Source: Octopus vulgaris (taxonomy: Eukaryota). From it: a stretch of 64,000 nt of DNA. The stretch lies in NCBI GenBank assembly GCA_951406725.2, contig OX597819.1, positions 27,404,001 to 27,468,000 on the forward strand, given 5' to 3'. Position 1 is the stretch's first letter, and each line of letters opens with the position of its first letter. Of the stretch, positions 27,192 through 40,250 are shown one piece after another. A model generated the notes under the pieces. It did no database searches. It was not told where the DNA came from and saw only the letters and a list, made by a program, of their open reading frames with translations. A program made the position numbers and the translations under genes.

Positions 27192-27373
27192 ATACACACA
27201 CACACCACTTGATTGGCACTTTATTTATCAACCACACAAGATATGAAAAATAAAATTGTTTTCAGCGTAATTTGAACTCAGAACGACTCTACCAGTCCAC
27301 CGCCTTTCTTATTTATCTTTTACTTGCTTCAGTCATTCAACTGCTGCCGTGTTGGGACATCGCCTTGAAAGGG

Positions 27374-27763
27374 TTTTACTCTTTTACTCTTTTACTCTTT
27401 TACTTGTTTCAGTCATTTGACTGCGGCCATGCTGGAGCACCGCCTTTAATCGAGCAACTCAACTCCGGGACTTATTCTTTTGTAAGCCCAGTTCTTATTC
27501 TATCGGTCTCTTTTGCCGAACCGCTAAGTAACGGGGACATAAACACACCAGCATCGGTTGTCAAGCAATGCTAGGGGAACAAACACACAAACACACACAC
27601 ATATATACGACGGGCTTCATTCAGTTTCCGTCTACCAAATCCACTCACAAGGCTTTGGTCGGCCCGAGGCTATAGTAGAAGACACTTTCCCAAGGTGCCA
27701 CGCAGTGGGACTGAACCCGGAACCATGTGGTTGGTTAGCAAGCTACTTACCACACAGCCACTC
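27374..27763 (-). mobile_element. SINE family B, full-length
   Basis: (CTTTTA)n tail, body, (CA)n spacer, head ending CACACAGCCACTC. Confidence 0.92.
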
Positions 27764-27890
27764 GTTTTTGTTTTTTTTCTTCGTTTTTTTAAAAATTTTT
27801 TTGTTAGTTTGATAGATCGAGCCCGGTACCTACATATTTAATTTTGGTACTTATTTTATCGGTTTCCTACTCCTCCTCCTCCTCCTACTA

Positions 27891-27936
<46 letters not shown>

Positions 27937-28610
27937 TATGAATATGGCTGTCATTACTGACGTTGCCGTGGCGGCCGTGTATTTCTTGGCTGCTTTATAA
28001 AAACGCCGGGCACTTTTCTTCAAGCAGATGTCTATAAAATGAACTATTGGCAGTCAATAAAAAAAAACAAGAAACAAAAAACTAGCAAAAAAAAAAAAAT
28101 TAAATTAAACCGAGCCACATACATACACACCCATTCGGCATATCTTACAGTTCCTTGAAGATTTACATTTATTTATTTATTTATTTATTCATTCAATAAT
28201 TTATTTATTTATATTGTTTTATTTATTTAATTTTCTGTGCACCGAACGCTGCTCCTCTTTCCTCTACATCTCAACTACAGCTGAGATAGGTAGAGTTCAA
28301 AGCGTTTTTTTTTTTTTCTATGAAGTAAGGTCCCCGAATGCCTTTACCATAATATCGCCACGATATTTCAAGATCTCTCCACACAAGACACCCCTGTTTG
28401 TTTTCATTGTCAGCTTTCACTTTACTCCTCCCCTTCTTCAGTCGACGGTTAAATAACATTCATCTCATATACACATATGGTTCCTATTATGCACATTATA
28501 TATAAACACACACACACACATATATCTTTATATATATATATATACACAAGTATATATACACACACACATATATCTTTATATATATATATACATACACACA
28601 AGTATATAAA

Positions 28611-28657
<47 letters not shown>

Positions 28658-28675
28658 CACATCTATATATACAAC

Positions 28676-28725
<50 letters not shown>

Positions 28726-28991
28726 TATATACACATATATATACATATATACATGCATATATATATGTGTGCTTATATGTATGCTTGTATGTATGTATGT
28801 ATGTATGTATGTATGTATGTATGTATATATGTGTATTTTTATTCCTTTACATGTTTCAGTCATTGGACCGCGGCCATGCTGGAGTACTGCTTAAAAGTTA
28901 AATCAATCAAACCAATTCAAGTACTTAATTTTATGGACTTCTCTTTGCGAAGCTGCTGTATAACGAATCTAAGCAAAACGGTAAGTCATTT

Positions 28992-29045
<54 letters not shown>

Positions 29046-29141
29046 GCACGCACGCACACACGCACCCCCCACACACACTCATGTGTATACTGTATGTATA
29101 TATATATATATATATATCATAATAAGAATAAGAATAATAAC

Positions 29142-29203
<62 letters not shown>

Positions 29204-29344
29204 TAATAATAATGAAAGGGCAAAAAAGTGTGTTACTGTCTGGAGGATCTTTTATAGTGATAGAAAACGTATTTAACTCCTATTTCTAAATTCGGTGCGT
29301 GGCGAAGCAATTAGCTGACCCATGATTACAATTTTGTTTATAAT

Positions 29345-29505
29345 TATAGACTCTCTGTGTATCTTTCTGTTGAAGAGCGTAGGCTCGAAACGTTATAGAC
29401 TTGTTTTATTTATATTTCCTGAGCGCCATACTAATACAATTGTTCGTTTGTTTTCCACCTGCCTTCGTCTTTTGTCTATTTTCATAAAGCTTCCCGTTAT
29501 ATATA
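29345..29505 (+). mobile_element. Short (TA)n-terminated element (family E) with minimal HHR-like motif at 29362-29399
   Basis: TCTTT-CTGTTGAA-GAGC(gtag)GCTC-GAAACGTT-ATAGA; second diverged copy at 47205-47340; downstream TTCCTGAGCG..TAATAC shared with family D. Confidence 0.65.
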
Positions 29506-29564
29506 TATACGTTTAAATATTTGTTGTGCAAGATTTTTTTATGTGAAGTCGTGTGTTGAAACAG

Positions 29565-30273
29565 ATATTGTTATATTTCGGAGTGGTCATTTTGCCAGTT
29601 TAGCCAATAAAAACACACGCACTATATATTTGGTGTTATTTTGCTTCAGTGATATTTATTTTTTACATTAATCTTAATCTTATTTCGGCCAGAGTTATTT
29701 CGTCACACTCCTGTGACCGCATCAGTGGTCCTTTGTTTTCTTCTTTCTTATTTGTGTCTCTCCTTACTAACCGTCAGCCATTTTGCATTTCTATTGTATG
29801 TCTTCATTTGCGCATGCTTATATCTCTATGTGCGTCTATGTTTATTTAGTGTGTGTATGTGGGGGATGCCTGTAATATTTGTATCTTCTGTTTATATATG
29901 TTCATTTAATTTGTAATTTTATATGTTCATTACAAATTACATGAACATATATAAACAGAAGATACAAATATTACAGGCATCCCCCACATACACACACTAA
30001 ATAAACATAAACGCACATACAGATATAAGCATGCGCTAATGAAGACATACAATAGAAATACAAAATGGCTGACGGTTAGTAAGGAGAGACACAAATAAGA
30101 AAGAAGAAAACAAAGGACCACTGATGCGGTCACAAGAGTGTGACGAAAGAACACTGGCCGAGATAAGATTAAGATTAATGTAAAAAATAAATAACACTGA
30201 AGCAAAGTAACACCAAATATATAGTGCGTGTGTTTTTATTAGCTAAACTGGCAAAATGACCATTCCGAAATAT

Positions 30274-30281
<8 letters not shown>
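29565..30281. repeat. Long fold-back inverted repeat, about 353-bp arms with an 11-bp spacer
   Basis: 29565-29917 is the reverse complement of 29929-30281 with scattered mismatches; also visible as mirrored ORFs 29713+ and 29930-. Confidence 0.96.
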
Positions 30282-30323
<42 letters not shown>

Positions 30324-30531
30324 ATACATACATACATACATACATACATACATACATACATACATACATACATACATACATACATACATACATACATACA
30401 CTATAACAAAAAGTGTTGATTTAAGTTTCCAATTTTGTTCTTCTCTTGGATATTCACTCTTTAAATTATTCAGATGTATATAACATCGAAAGAAATTCAG
30501 AAGAACAAATTATATCTATTACTTCATAGGA

Positions 30532-30579
<48 letters not shown>

Positions 30580-30974
30580 GGATTTTATGGAGTTCCCAGC
30601 ATTGGTTAATCGTTATGCCATCTCAACTTTTCAATACGTATGCACACACACACACACACACACAATCATATGCACACACACACACATCTGTATCTATCTA
30701 CATTTATCTGTATCTATCTATATATGTGTGTGGTGTGTGTGTTTGTGTGTATGTTTCTGTGTGTATATGTGTATCTATATACATGTGTGTGTGTATGTGT
30801 GTGTGTGTGTGTTTATATACATACAAACACACACACATTGTAAAATTTAATAGACACCATCATTATATCATTTTATTTGTACAGACATTACCTATTGTTT
30901 CAAACTTGTATTTGTATTTTATTAGTTTTTAGTTTAGATTAACAGAAGCAGATAACGTGTCTGATTTTCAAAGA

Positions 30975-31320
30975 GGGCGTGTTGCAGATCAATCTAAGGG
31001 TGGACCTAGCCAGTGTAAGATTGCAAAAAATATTAGGATTCGTCGTTCCACGTTCAACAGAATGGTCATATAATTCACCAGCGAAAGAAAGAAACCAACA
31101 ACATCCAGTTCAGTTTTGCCCTGGGTCCTCGGACAAATGTCTTCGGGTTGTCAAGCGGGTTGCTGAAAATGAACCCCTGTTGTAAGGCAGCAGATGTGGC
31201 TTAGCTGGAGTACTTTTGTGAGCCATCTCCATCGATTTGGATACTACGGCAAGATAGCTAACTAGAAGGAAACCTCTTCTTCGACTAGCAAATATCCAAA
31301 GAAAGGAGAAATCATTCAAA
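30975..31320 (+). mobile_element. Tc1-like transposase N-terminal fragment
   Basis: SQCKIAKNIRIRRST...CLRVVKRVAENEP...SHLHRFGYYG..RRKPLLRLANIQRK across frameshifts. Confidence 0.65.
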
Positions 31321-31355
31321 ATGATGTCTTATTACGTCTGGGACGTGTTTACAAA

Positions 31356-31552
31356 TACCAGGCGATTCTGAAATATTCCTGGCTTTGGGTAAAAGAAAAT
31401 ACAGGAGGATCAGTTGATTATGATTTTATTCAACATATTCCCCTGTCAGGTCCACTCACTTATTGCAACGGTCCTTCAGTTTTTCTAAGCCCTGTTATCA
31501 GGCCTTTCGCAATAACCTTAAAGCCAGAATTTTTTCTGCCCCCCTTGTGTAT
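31356..31552 (-). mobile_element. Internally deleted mariner (MITE-like)
   Basis: Imperfect TIRs CTGAAATATTCCTGGCTTT / AAAGCCAGAATTTTTTCTGCCCCC; minus strand GLEKLKDRCNK*VDLTGEYVE* is a transposase C-terminus. Confidence 0.75.
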
Positions 31553-31559
31553 GTGTGTG

Positions 31560-32105
31560 TGCTGTTGTTGTTTTTTATGTTGTTGTTGTTGTGGTGGTGG
31601 TGGTGGTGGTGGTGGTGGTGGTGAGGGTGGTGGTCATGGTAAGCTTGGTGTTCGTTGGGGGGATTGGGCGGATAGATTTTGACTGCGGAGAGAGTGGTGA
31701 TTGTGTTAATGATGACGGTAGCCATGGAGTCTTCGTTGCTGCGATGATGACGAGTGTACTAATGATGATACTGATGGTGAATATGGTGGTGGAGGTTGTC
31801 GTAGGGTAGTGGTATGTGTGGTGGTGATAGTGGTGATGCTGGTAGTCGTGGTAATCGTAAAGTTGTAGTGGTGGTGGTGGTGGTTGTGGTGGTGGTGGTG
31901 GTTGGTGGTGGTGGTGGTGGTGGTGGTTGTGGTGGGGGTGGGGTGGGGTAGTGGCGGTGGGGGGGTAAAGGTGGTGGTGGTGGTTGTGGTGGTGATGGTC
32001 GTGATATTGGTTATGGCAGTGGTGATGATGGCCAAGTTGGTAATGTTTGTTATGGTTGGGTTGGGTTGGGTTGGGTTGGTGGTAGTTGTAATGACGGTGG
32101 TAAGT
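31560..32105. repeat. (GGT)n/(GTT)n/(GAT)n mosaic with (TTGGG)4
   Basis: Direct inspection. Confidence 0.9.
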
Positions 32106-33690
32106 GTGTCCCTTAAAAAAAAACATAAACTAAGGATTAATTTAAATCTTCGTTTAATCATAATATTGGTTTAAAACTCTAGGAAGGATTAACTTAGATC
32201 TGTGCCGGACATTAACATTCTCTTTTTTAAGCAGTCAGACCGACGGTCCAAGCAGACAAAAAAAGGCGGTCGGACAGACTTACACAAAGAAAGAAAGAAA
32301 GAAAGAAAGAAATGGATAAATGAAAGCCAAAAAGAAAGCTAAAGCGAGAACGAATGAAAAGAAATGTGGAAAGATTACCAATATGTGAAGGAATAAAGGG
32401 AGAAAAGGAAAAGGAAAAGAAGGGAAAAGAAAAAAAGAACGAACGATTTAAAGAGAGAAAGAAGGAAGCAGTTAGGAAGAAAGAAGTAAAAGATTAATGA
32501 GAGAAAGAAAGTATAAAGTAAGAAAGGACGAAGGAATACGAACAAGGAAAATGTAACAATAAATTAAAAGACTTAGAAATAAAGAATATGAAGGGAAAAA
32601 GAATGAAGTGAATGAAAAACAATAAGAAAGAAAGAAAGTAAATAAGAAAGAACAGAAATTAGGAATAAGTATCAGAAACAAATGAATAAAGGGTGAATGA
32701 AACGAGTAAAATAGTAAAAGAACGAGGGAAAGAAAAACTAAGAATGGAAAGAAAGGAAGGAATATATGTCAATAAATGAATGAAAAAGGAAAAAGAAGGC
32801 AAAGAAAGAAAATAGAAAGAAACAAAGGAAGGAAATTGAAAATTTGTTTTATATATGTTTTTGTTGGTTTTTTTTTTATTCTTCCTTCCGGATTGGGTTT
32901 GGAATTTGTCATCCACAACGCTATGATTTCAATCCTGTCTCGCTGATCGATAAAAATCTCTTTAGTTCTTTGAATGAACGACGTTTTTTTTTTATCTCTC
33001 TTTTTTGCATTTGGTAAGCGACTGAGAGACTGAAAGTAATGGTGATGGTGGTGGAGATGGCGGCGGCGGCGGTGGTGACAGTGGTGGTGGTGCTGGTGCT
33101 GGTGCTGGTGCTGTGCTGGTGAAGTGATGTGTGTGAAAGGCGGCGGGGTGGTTGTGGTTGGTGGGTAGGACGAATAACAAATTTAGTTTTCAGAAATGAG
33201 TGAAGGGGCGACATTTTACTTGTATGACAGAGCTTGGCTGTACTCGCAGAAAGAAAGAAACAAACAAACAAACAAAAGTGTCCCCAAATTATTGATTTTT
33301 TTTTCTTCTTCTCCTGTTGTTCCAATATAATTCTTCTACAGCTTCTCAAAGACATTTACATAATTTATTTACTGGCATTTGTTTATGTATGTGTTTAAAT
33401 TTCATTTCATTAGTGTTTGCATTTCGCTATCAATTCTTCCTTTCTTATTTATTTTTTATACGCTATGTAATCAATTTTTTTAATCTTTCCTTTCGCTTAT
33501 TTACAATGTCTTTATCTAGCAATATCTATACACATACATTTTTTTTTTTTTTTTTTTGGTTCCGGGCTGTATAACATGCTTCATGTCTATTTTATGACAT
33601 GTCATCTGCTATGACGTCCTACTATCATGATGATAATGATTATAATCAATTATTATTGTTATGGTTGTTGTTGTTGTTGTTGTTGTTTTT

Positions 33691-34142
33691 GGCGGTGGCA
33701 TGCTAGCAGAATCGTTAGCGCGTCGGTCAAAATGCTCAGCGGCATGTTTTTTTTGGGGGGGAGTTTTTTCGGTTCTTTACGTTTTGAGTTCAAATTCCAC
33801 CAAGGTTGACATTACCTTTCATTCTTTCGGGGTTGATAGAATAAATACCAGTTGAGATCGAGATTGAGCCCAGCCCTGTACTCAACAATATTAGGTAAAC
33901 AGTTGAGCTTCCCTAATATCGTTGGTCTTGTGCCAAAATTTGAAATACAGGCGGCAAGCTGATAGAATTGTCAATAGCATTTCTTCCGACTGTTGACGTT
34001 CTGAGTTCAAATGTTGCTGTGGTCAGCGTTACCTTTCGCCCTTTCAGAATAGATGAAATAAAGTACCAGTCAAATACTAGTGTTGATATATTTGGCTAGC
34101 ATCTCCTCACAAATTTCATGTTTTGTGGCTATAGTAGAAAAA

Positions 34143-34209
<67 letters not shown>

Positions 34210-34251
34210 GTTGCTATTATCATTATTATTATTATTATTATTGTTATTTTA

Positions 34252-34312
<61 letters not shown>

Positions 34313-34710
34313 TTATTATTATTATTGTTATTATTGATGTTGTTGATGTTGTGATGTTGTTGTTGTTGTTATTATTATTATTATTCTGAGCTGGCAGAAC
34401 CGTTAGCACGTATTTCGACAAGTGCTGCCGAGGGTCGACTTTGCTTTTCATCCTTTCAGGACCAATAAAATAAGTACCAGTTGAGGGCAGGGGGTCGATG
34501 TAATCGACTTTCCCGCTCCTCCGAATTTGCTGGCATTGTGCCAAATTTTATTATTAAAAGCGATTAACTGGACAGAAAAAAAAAATAACCATAAAATAGC
34601 AGATAGAATATCTTGCGGTTTTTGTTCAGGCTCTTTAAATACTGAGTTCAAATCCCGCTAAGGTCTACTTTGCCTTGCATTCCGCCAGGGTCTATAAAAA
34701 TAATGTAATA
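33691..34710 (+). mobile_element. Cluster of about 4 diverged SINE family A copies separated by (TTA)n
   Basis: Heads at about 33691, 33950, 34388 and 34600; GAGTTCAAAT B-box (deleted in the 34388 copy) and TTTCATCCTTTC..ATAAGTACCAG-type domains. Confidence 0.78.
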
Positions 34711-34929
34711 GCTATGGTACAGTCTCCAGTTTCTGAGAACAAGACTTTATTCTTTGCTTCCATCTAAGGAGGTGCTTCTCAAAGTGAGTAGTACAATATC
34801 CAGGCGTAGTGGCATGGACATTTTATATGGACACTGAAGATAAAGGTGACAGATGCATCTGAACGGTTGTTTTCAGTTTCTGTCCCCGGTTTAACTATTA
34901 ACTTTAAAACATTTTCAGCTGCTATCAAC

Positions 34930-35192
34930 CGTGGGTGTGCGGTAAAAAAAACTCGCATCCCAACCACATGATTCCGGGTGCTGTTCCACTGCATGGCATC
35001 TTGGGCCGAATGTCTTCCATAGCTACCGGCCGACCAAAAGTCTTGTGAGTGAATTTGGAGGGCGAAAACTGAATGAAGCCCGTCGTATAATGTATATATA
35101 CGTACTTGTCGAACGATGAAAATGAGTGTTCAGTACCGCAATGGTGGGGATACTCATGCACACATGCATATATACATACATGCATACATGCA

Positions 35193-35228
<36 letters not shown>

Positions 35229-35390
35229 CATATATATATATGAATGTATGTTTGTGACTCTTTGTCGTATAATGTATATATACGTACTTGTCGAACGATG
35301 AAAATGAGTGTTCAATACCGCATTGGTGGGGATACTCATACACACATGCATACATACATGCATACATACATACATACATACATACATACA

Positions 35391-35426
<36 letters not shown>

Positions 35427-35594
35427 TACATATATATATATGAATGTATGTTTGTGACTCTTTGTCGTATAATGTATATATACGTACTTGTCGAACGATG
35501 AAAATGAGTGTTCAATACCGCATTGGTGGGGATACTCATACACACATGCATATATACATACATACATACATGCATGCATACATACATACATACA

Positions 35595-35630
<36 letters not shown>

Positions 35631-35890
35631 TATACATAAAAATATATATATATATATACATAAAAATATATATATGAATGTATGTTTGTGACTCTTTGTG
35701 TTTGTCTTTATTCCCCACCAACGCTTGACAACCGATGTTAGTATGTAACTCAGCGGTTCAGCAAAAGACGCCGATAGAATAAGTACCAGGTTTTTAAAAA
35801 AATAAGTACTGGTGTTGATTCGTTCGACTAAAATTCATCATGGTGTTGCCCCAGCATGGCTGTTGTCTGATGATTGAAACAAGTAAAGGA
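34930..35890 (+). mobile_element. SINE family B with an internal triplicated 180-200-bp insert
   Basis: Head 34930-35085, tail 35700-35890; three tandem units starting about 35082, 35264 and 35464. Confidence 0.85.
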
Positions 35891-37002
35891 ATAGGAGAAT
35901 ATAAGTAAATAACCAGAATCGAATATATACTTCCCATAAATGTAAATTATAAGCAATAAATTAATGCATAAATTAAATGCCATTGTCAAAATTTGTATTT
36001 CCGTACATAATGTAAAGGCGTCCACTACACTTATAATGATATGTAATACAAAGCTTAAAGCATACGTGTAGGAGATTGGTCGTACATATGTGCTAAGGGC
36101 CGAGTCAATAACTAAGGCAGTGATGCATCAAATATTCGCTTATAGCAGGAATTAACAAAGTGGTTAATGTTAACTTCTGAAGGTTTATGTGCCTATCCAT
36201 GGGTTCGATAAACACCTGAGATGATTTTGAGTATTAAGAGCTGAACTATTAGCGAACTGAATCTACGGTAATTTAATGCTAAAACGCAGGGATGTCCTGT
36301 TGAGTACTGATGAAATAACAGTAATCACTAAACAGATATTTCATATTAGATATTCCGATTATATCAATATAATGTGACTGAATTTGTTCTTTATTAATTT
36401 TCTGACGTATTTTCATTACATTTCTTTCAATAGTTCTTAACCTAGCTTGATATTACTCGTACGCATATTAAAAACGGACGTTAAATTGCAGCAATGATTC
36501 GTTGAATGAGTGTAAAAGCAAAATGGAAATAAGAATGCCAGATAACTAAAGATGGCTTATATTTATAAGTATCACATAAGTAATATGAGGGTTGGATGAA
36601 TTCAGTTGCTGTAAGTGGGGATTTTACGTTTCGGGTTTTAGTCACTTCTCAGATAGTGAGGAAGAGTGGGTATGTGTGTGTGTAGGTGGTGTTGTTTTTA
36701 TGGTTCTAAGGAAATATGTGAATGATGTGGTCCTAGATATATAATACTGATATATAATACTGAAATGATAAAAATAAGGAAAGATACTAAAGAATGAAAA
36801 GCTAAAATAAAAAAGATAGAAAGAAAGAAAAAGAGAGAGACTAATTGCAAGCAAAAAAGAACAGAAAGAATAAAAAAAAACAAGACACTGTGAAGAAAGA
36901 CATAAAGAAAGAGGAAGAAAGAAAACGGGAAAAAAAAGAATACGAAAAAATGAACGAAATCAAAAGTGACAGAAGGAACGACTGGTAAAAACAAAGCAAC
37001 GG

Positions 37003-37003
37003 A

Positions 37004-37087
<84 letters not shown>

Positions 37088-37090
37088 AAA

Positions 37091-37172
<82 letters not shown>
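37003..37172. repeat. (AAAG)n microsatellite
   Basis: Direct inspection. Confidence 0.97.
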
Positions 37173-37173
<1 letters not shown>

Positions 37174-37832
37174 GCAAAATAATGAATGAGTGAATGAATT
37201 GTATGAAAGAAGGAAACAAACAAATAATTCGTTGGAAGTGACAGTGGAATTGCCAGGACATGTATATGTTGTGAGTGATATTTGCATTTCAAAAATCACA
37301 CACACACACACACATACACACACACACATATATATATAGATAGATGTAATGTATGCATGTATATATGTATGAGAAATGAATGTAAGAAAAACAGACATAC
37401 ATAGAGACATATCAAATAAATATATGAAGAAACATATATATGATTTAAATAGATACGTAAATGAAGGTCAGAGAGAAATACACACACACACACACACACA
37501 TACACACACACACACACAAACACATACACTCACACACACACACACACACACATACAAAGACATAGAGGTTTACACATTTATAGATGCATATGCACATGCG
37601 TAGAGAGATAGGGAGAAAGGGGGAAAAGCGGAAGGAAGGTAGGAAAGGGGGAGAGGTGAGGAGCTTGGGAGAAGGGAGCCAGGTATAAAATAGAAGAGGA
37701 AATGTGGTGAATTTGATTTGATTATTTATAAGGTTAAAGTCTTGCTTTTGTGAACTGAATATTTGATTTGTGAAAGATGGCGGATCAGTTTGTGTGTATG
37801 TGTGTGTGTATGTATGTATGTATGTATGTATG

Positions 37833-37863
<31 letters not shown>

Positions 37864-38207
37864 GTATGTATGTATGTATGTGTGTATATATGTATGTACG
37901 TATGCATGCATGTATGTATGTATCTTGGTATGTATTGGTATGTAAGTATGTGTGAATGAGTATGCGTGTATATTTATATATATACATATATATGTATGCA
38001 TGTATGCATATATATATATATATATGCATATATGCATGTACACATGCTTGTATATATAAACACGTGCACAAACTCATATATGCACATACACAAACACGCA
38101 CATGCACGCATATATTTATATATATATATATATACACACACATATACATTTATATGTTTGCATGTGTGTATGCTATGAAAATAAATGCATTCTACACTAT
38201 ATGTACA

Positions 38208-38261
<54 letters not shown>

Positions 38262-38422
38262 TATATGAATATATACTTTCATATGCATTCATATATGCAC
38301 CTATACACAGATATGCATATATATTTGTATATACATATATGTATATATATGTGTGTGTGTGTGTGTGTGTGCGTGCGTGCGTGTGTGTGTGTGTGTGCGT
38401 GTGTGTGCGTGTGTGTGCGTGT

Positions 38423-38501
<79 letters not shown>

Positions 38502-38917
38502 CGTCCGTATGCGTGTATGTAAGATGGCAGCCGGCTATTGAGACATATTACGATATTTGACTGCTGATACAGAGAGGTCATGGGCTTGTACAGAGAGTAT
38601 CAAGAAATTTGATAGAGATAGCTGAGTGAAAGATTGGTCTGCGTATGAGTATGTATGTGTGTGCATGTATGTATGTGTGTCTTTGCATATGCGTATGCGT
38701 CTTTATATATGCGTATGTGTGTATGTATGTGTACAAGTATTGGTGTGCAGTTTAAAAGTGCCCACCAGAGGGAGCTAGTTGTTGATTTATGTAACAATGA
38801 TACCCGGATTATAACAGGCGAGTATTTTAGCATATGTGTAAGAGTTTGGAGGCAGACAGATGTGGTTGTGGATAAGAAGATAAAAAGAGATTAAATGCGC
38901 GTGTATATGTATGTATG

Positions 38918-39226
38918 TGCAGCTTAGTGGTTAGGGTATTCGGCTCGCAATCGTAAGGTCGTGAGTTCGATTCCCGGCAAAGCGTTGTATCTTTCAGCAA
39001 GATACTGTTTCACGTTGCTGTAGTAACTCAGCTGGCAAAAATGAATAGCACTTTTATTTCAAAGATCCAGCTTTGTCACACACTGTACCACGCTTAATCT
39101 CCCTGAGAACTACATTAAGGGTACACGTGTCTGTGGGGTACTCAGCCTCTTGCACGTTAATTTCACGAGCCGGCTGTTCCGTTTATCGGATCAACTAGAA
39201 CCCTCGATGTCGTAGGCGACGGATAA
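38918..39226 (+). mobile_element. tRNA-derived SINE family C
   Basis: A-box GCTTAGTGG, B-box GAGTTCGATTCCC, 3' GCACGTTAATTTCACGAGC..CGGATCAACT; partial inverse copy at 42210-42450. Confidence 0.82.
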
Positions 39227-39714
39227 GTGTGTTATTTCAAGGTTTCTTGCAAACATAGAAAGAGCTGGTTTCTAACCGAGATCCAAGTCTCCTTCATTGG
39301 AATTTCAACATCATCAGAGTATTTCTGTATGTGTGCATGTATGTATGTATGTACGTACGTATGTATGTATGTATGTATGTATGTATGTATGTATGTATGT
39401 ATGTACGTACGTACGTATGTATGTAAGTATGTATGTATGTATGTATGTATGTATGTATGTATGTACGTCCGTACGGACGTATGTATGTATGTATGTATGT
39501 ATGTATGTATGTATGTATGTATGTATGTATGTATGTATGTATGTATGTATGTATGTATGTATTGTAATCCAACGTCGGACTGTTATAGCGTCCACTCCGG
39601 TATAACAGCATAGTTAGTTAGACAAGTAAAGATACGACTATCTATGACCGACTTCGCCGACCTCTCGACAACTCGACTTCCTACATCACAATATTTGTAT
39701 CAACTAGCACATAC

Positions 39715-39850
39715 CGGCTAGTTCCTGAATAAATATCAGACACTTGAACTTGTCTGGCGTTAACTCGTCCAGTTTGAAATTTTCACATTTTCTGTTAACT
39801 CTACCAGCATATGTGATGTAGTCCTCCTCCTTCTTTTCTAGGTTTATGTT
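39715..39850 (-). mobile_element. Ty3/Gypsy gag-region remnant
   Basis: NLEKKEEDYITYAGRVNRKCENFKLDELTPDKFKCLIFIQEL resembles the FKCLIFV.GL motif of invertebrate Gypsy polyproteins. Confidence 0.6.
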
Positions 39851-40092
39851 GCTGTAATAATAATTGTTGTTATTGTTGTTCTTGCAGTTGTTGTTCTTGT
39901 TGCTGTTGTTGTTCTTGAAGTTGTTGTTGTTGCTGTTTTTGCAACTCAAGAAAACCGGCCAACAATTCTTCCATTATTTTACGATTTTGTATACCGTTAT
40001 ATTCGCACAGAAAACCTTTGTGAGTTTGTTTAATCTTCAGGAGTTTATTAATTCCATAATGCTCTCAGATCACCACACACACATACACACAG

Positions 40093-40123
<31 letters not shown>

Positions 40124-40141
40124 TGTATGTATGTATGTATG

Positions 40142-40172
<31 letters not shown>

Positions 40173-40250
40173 TATCTATGTATCAATGTAGGTATGTATA
40201 TGTAAGTATATAAGCATATGGGAAGTGTGAGTGTTTAATATATGAATATA

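Noticed and set aside
27940-28060. Possible enhancer with TTTATAAAA/CAATAAAA homeodomain-like sites (also TAAT-rich 5180-5340)
   Set aside because: Such motifs are expected by chance in AT-rich DNA; needs cross-species conservation
35082-35697. CRISPR-like repeat/spacer array
   Set aside because: Spacers are microsatellite, units are about 190 bp, eukaryotic context, no cas genes
38918-38980. tRNA gene
   Set aside because: A/B boxes are present but there is no complete cloverleaf, and it continues into a SINE body
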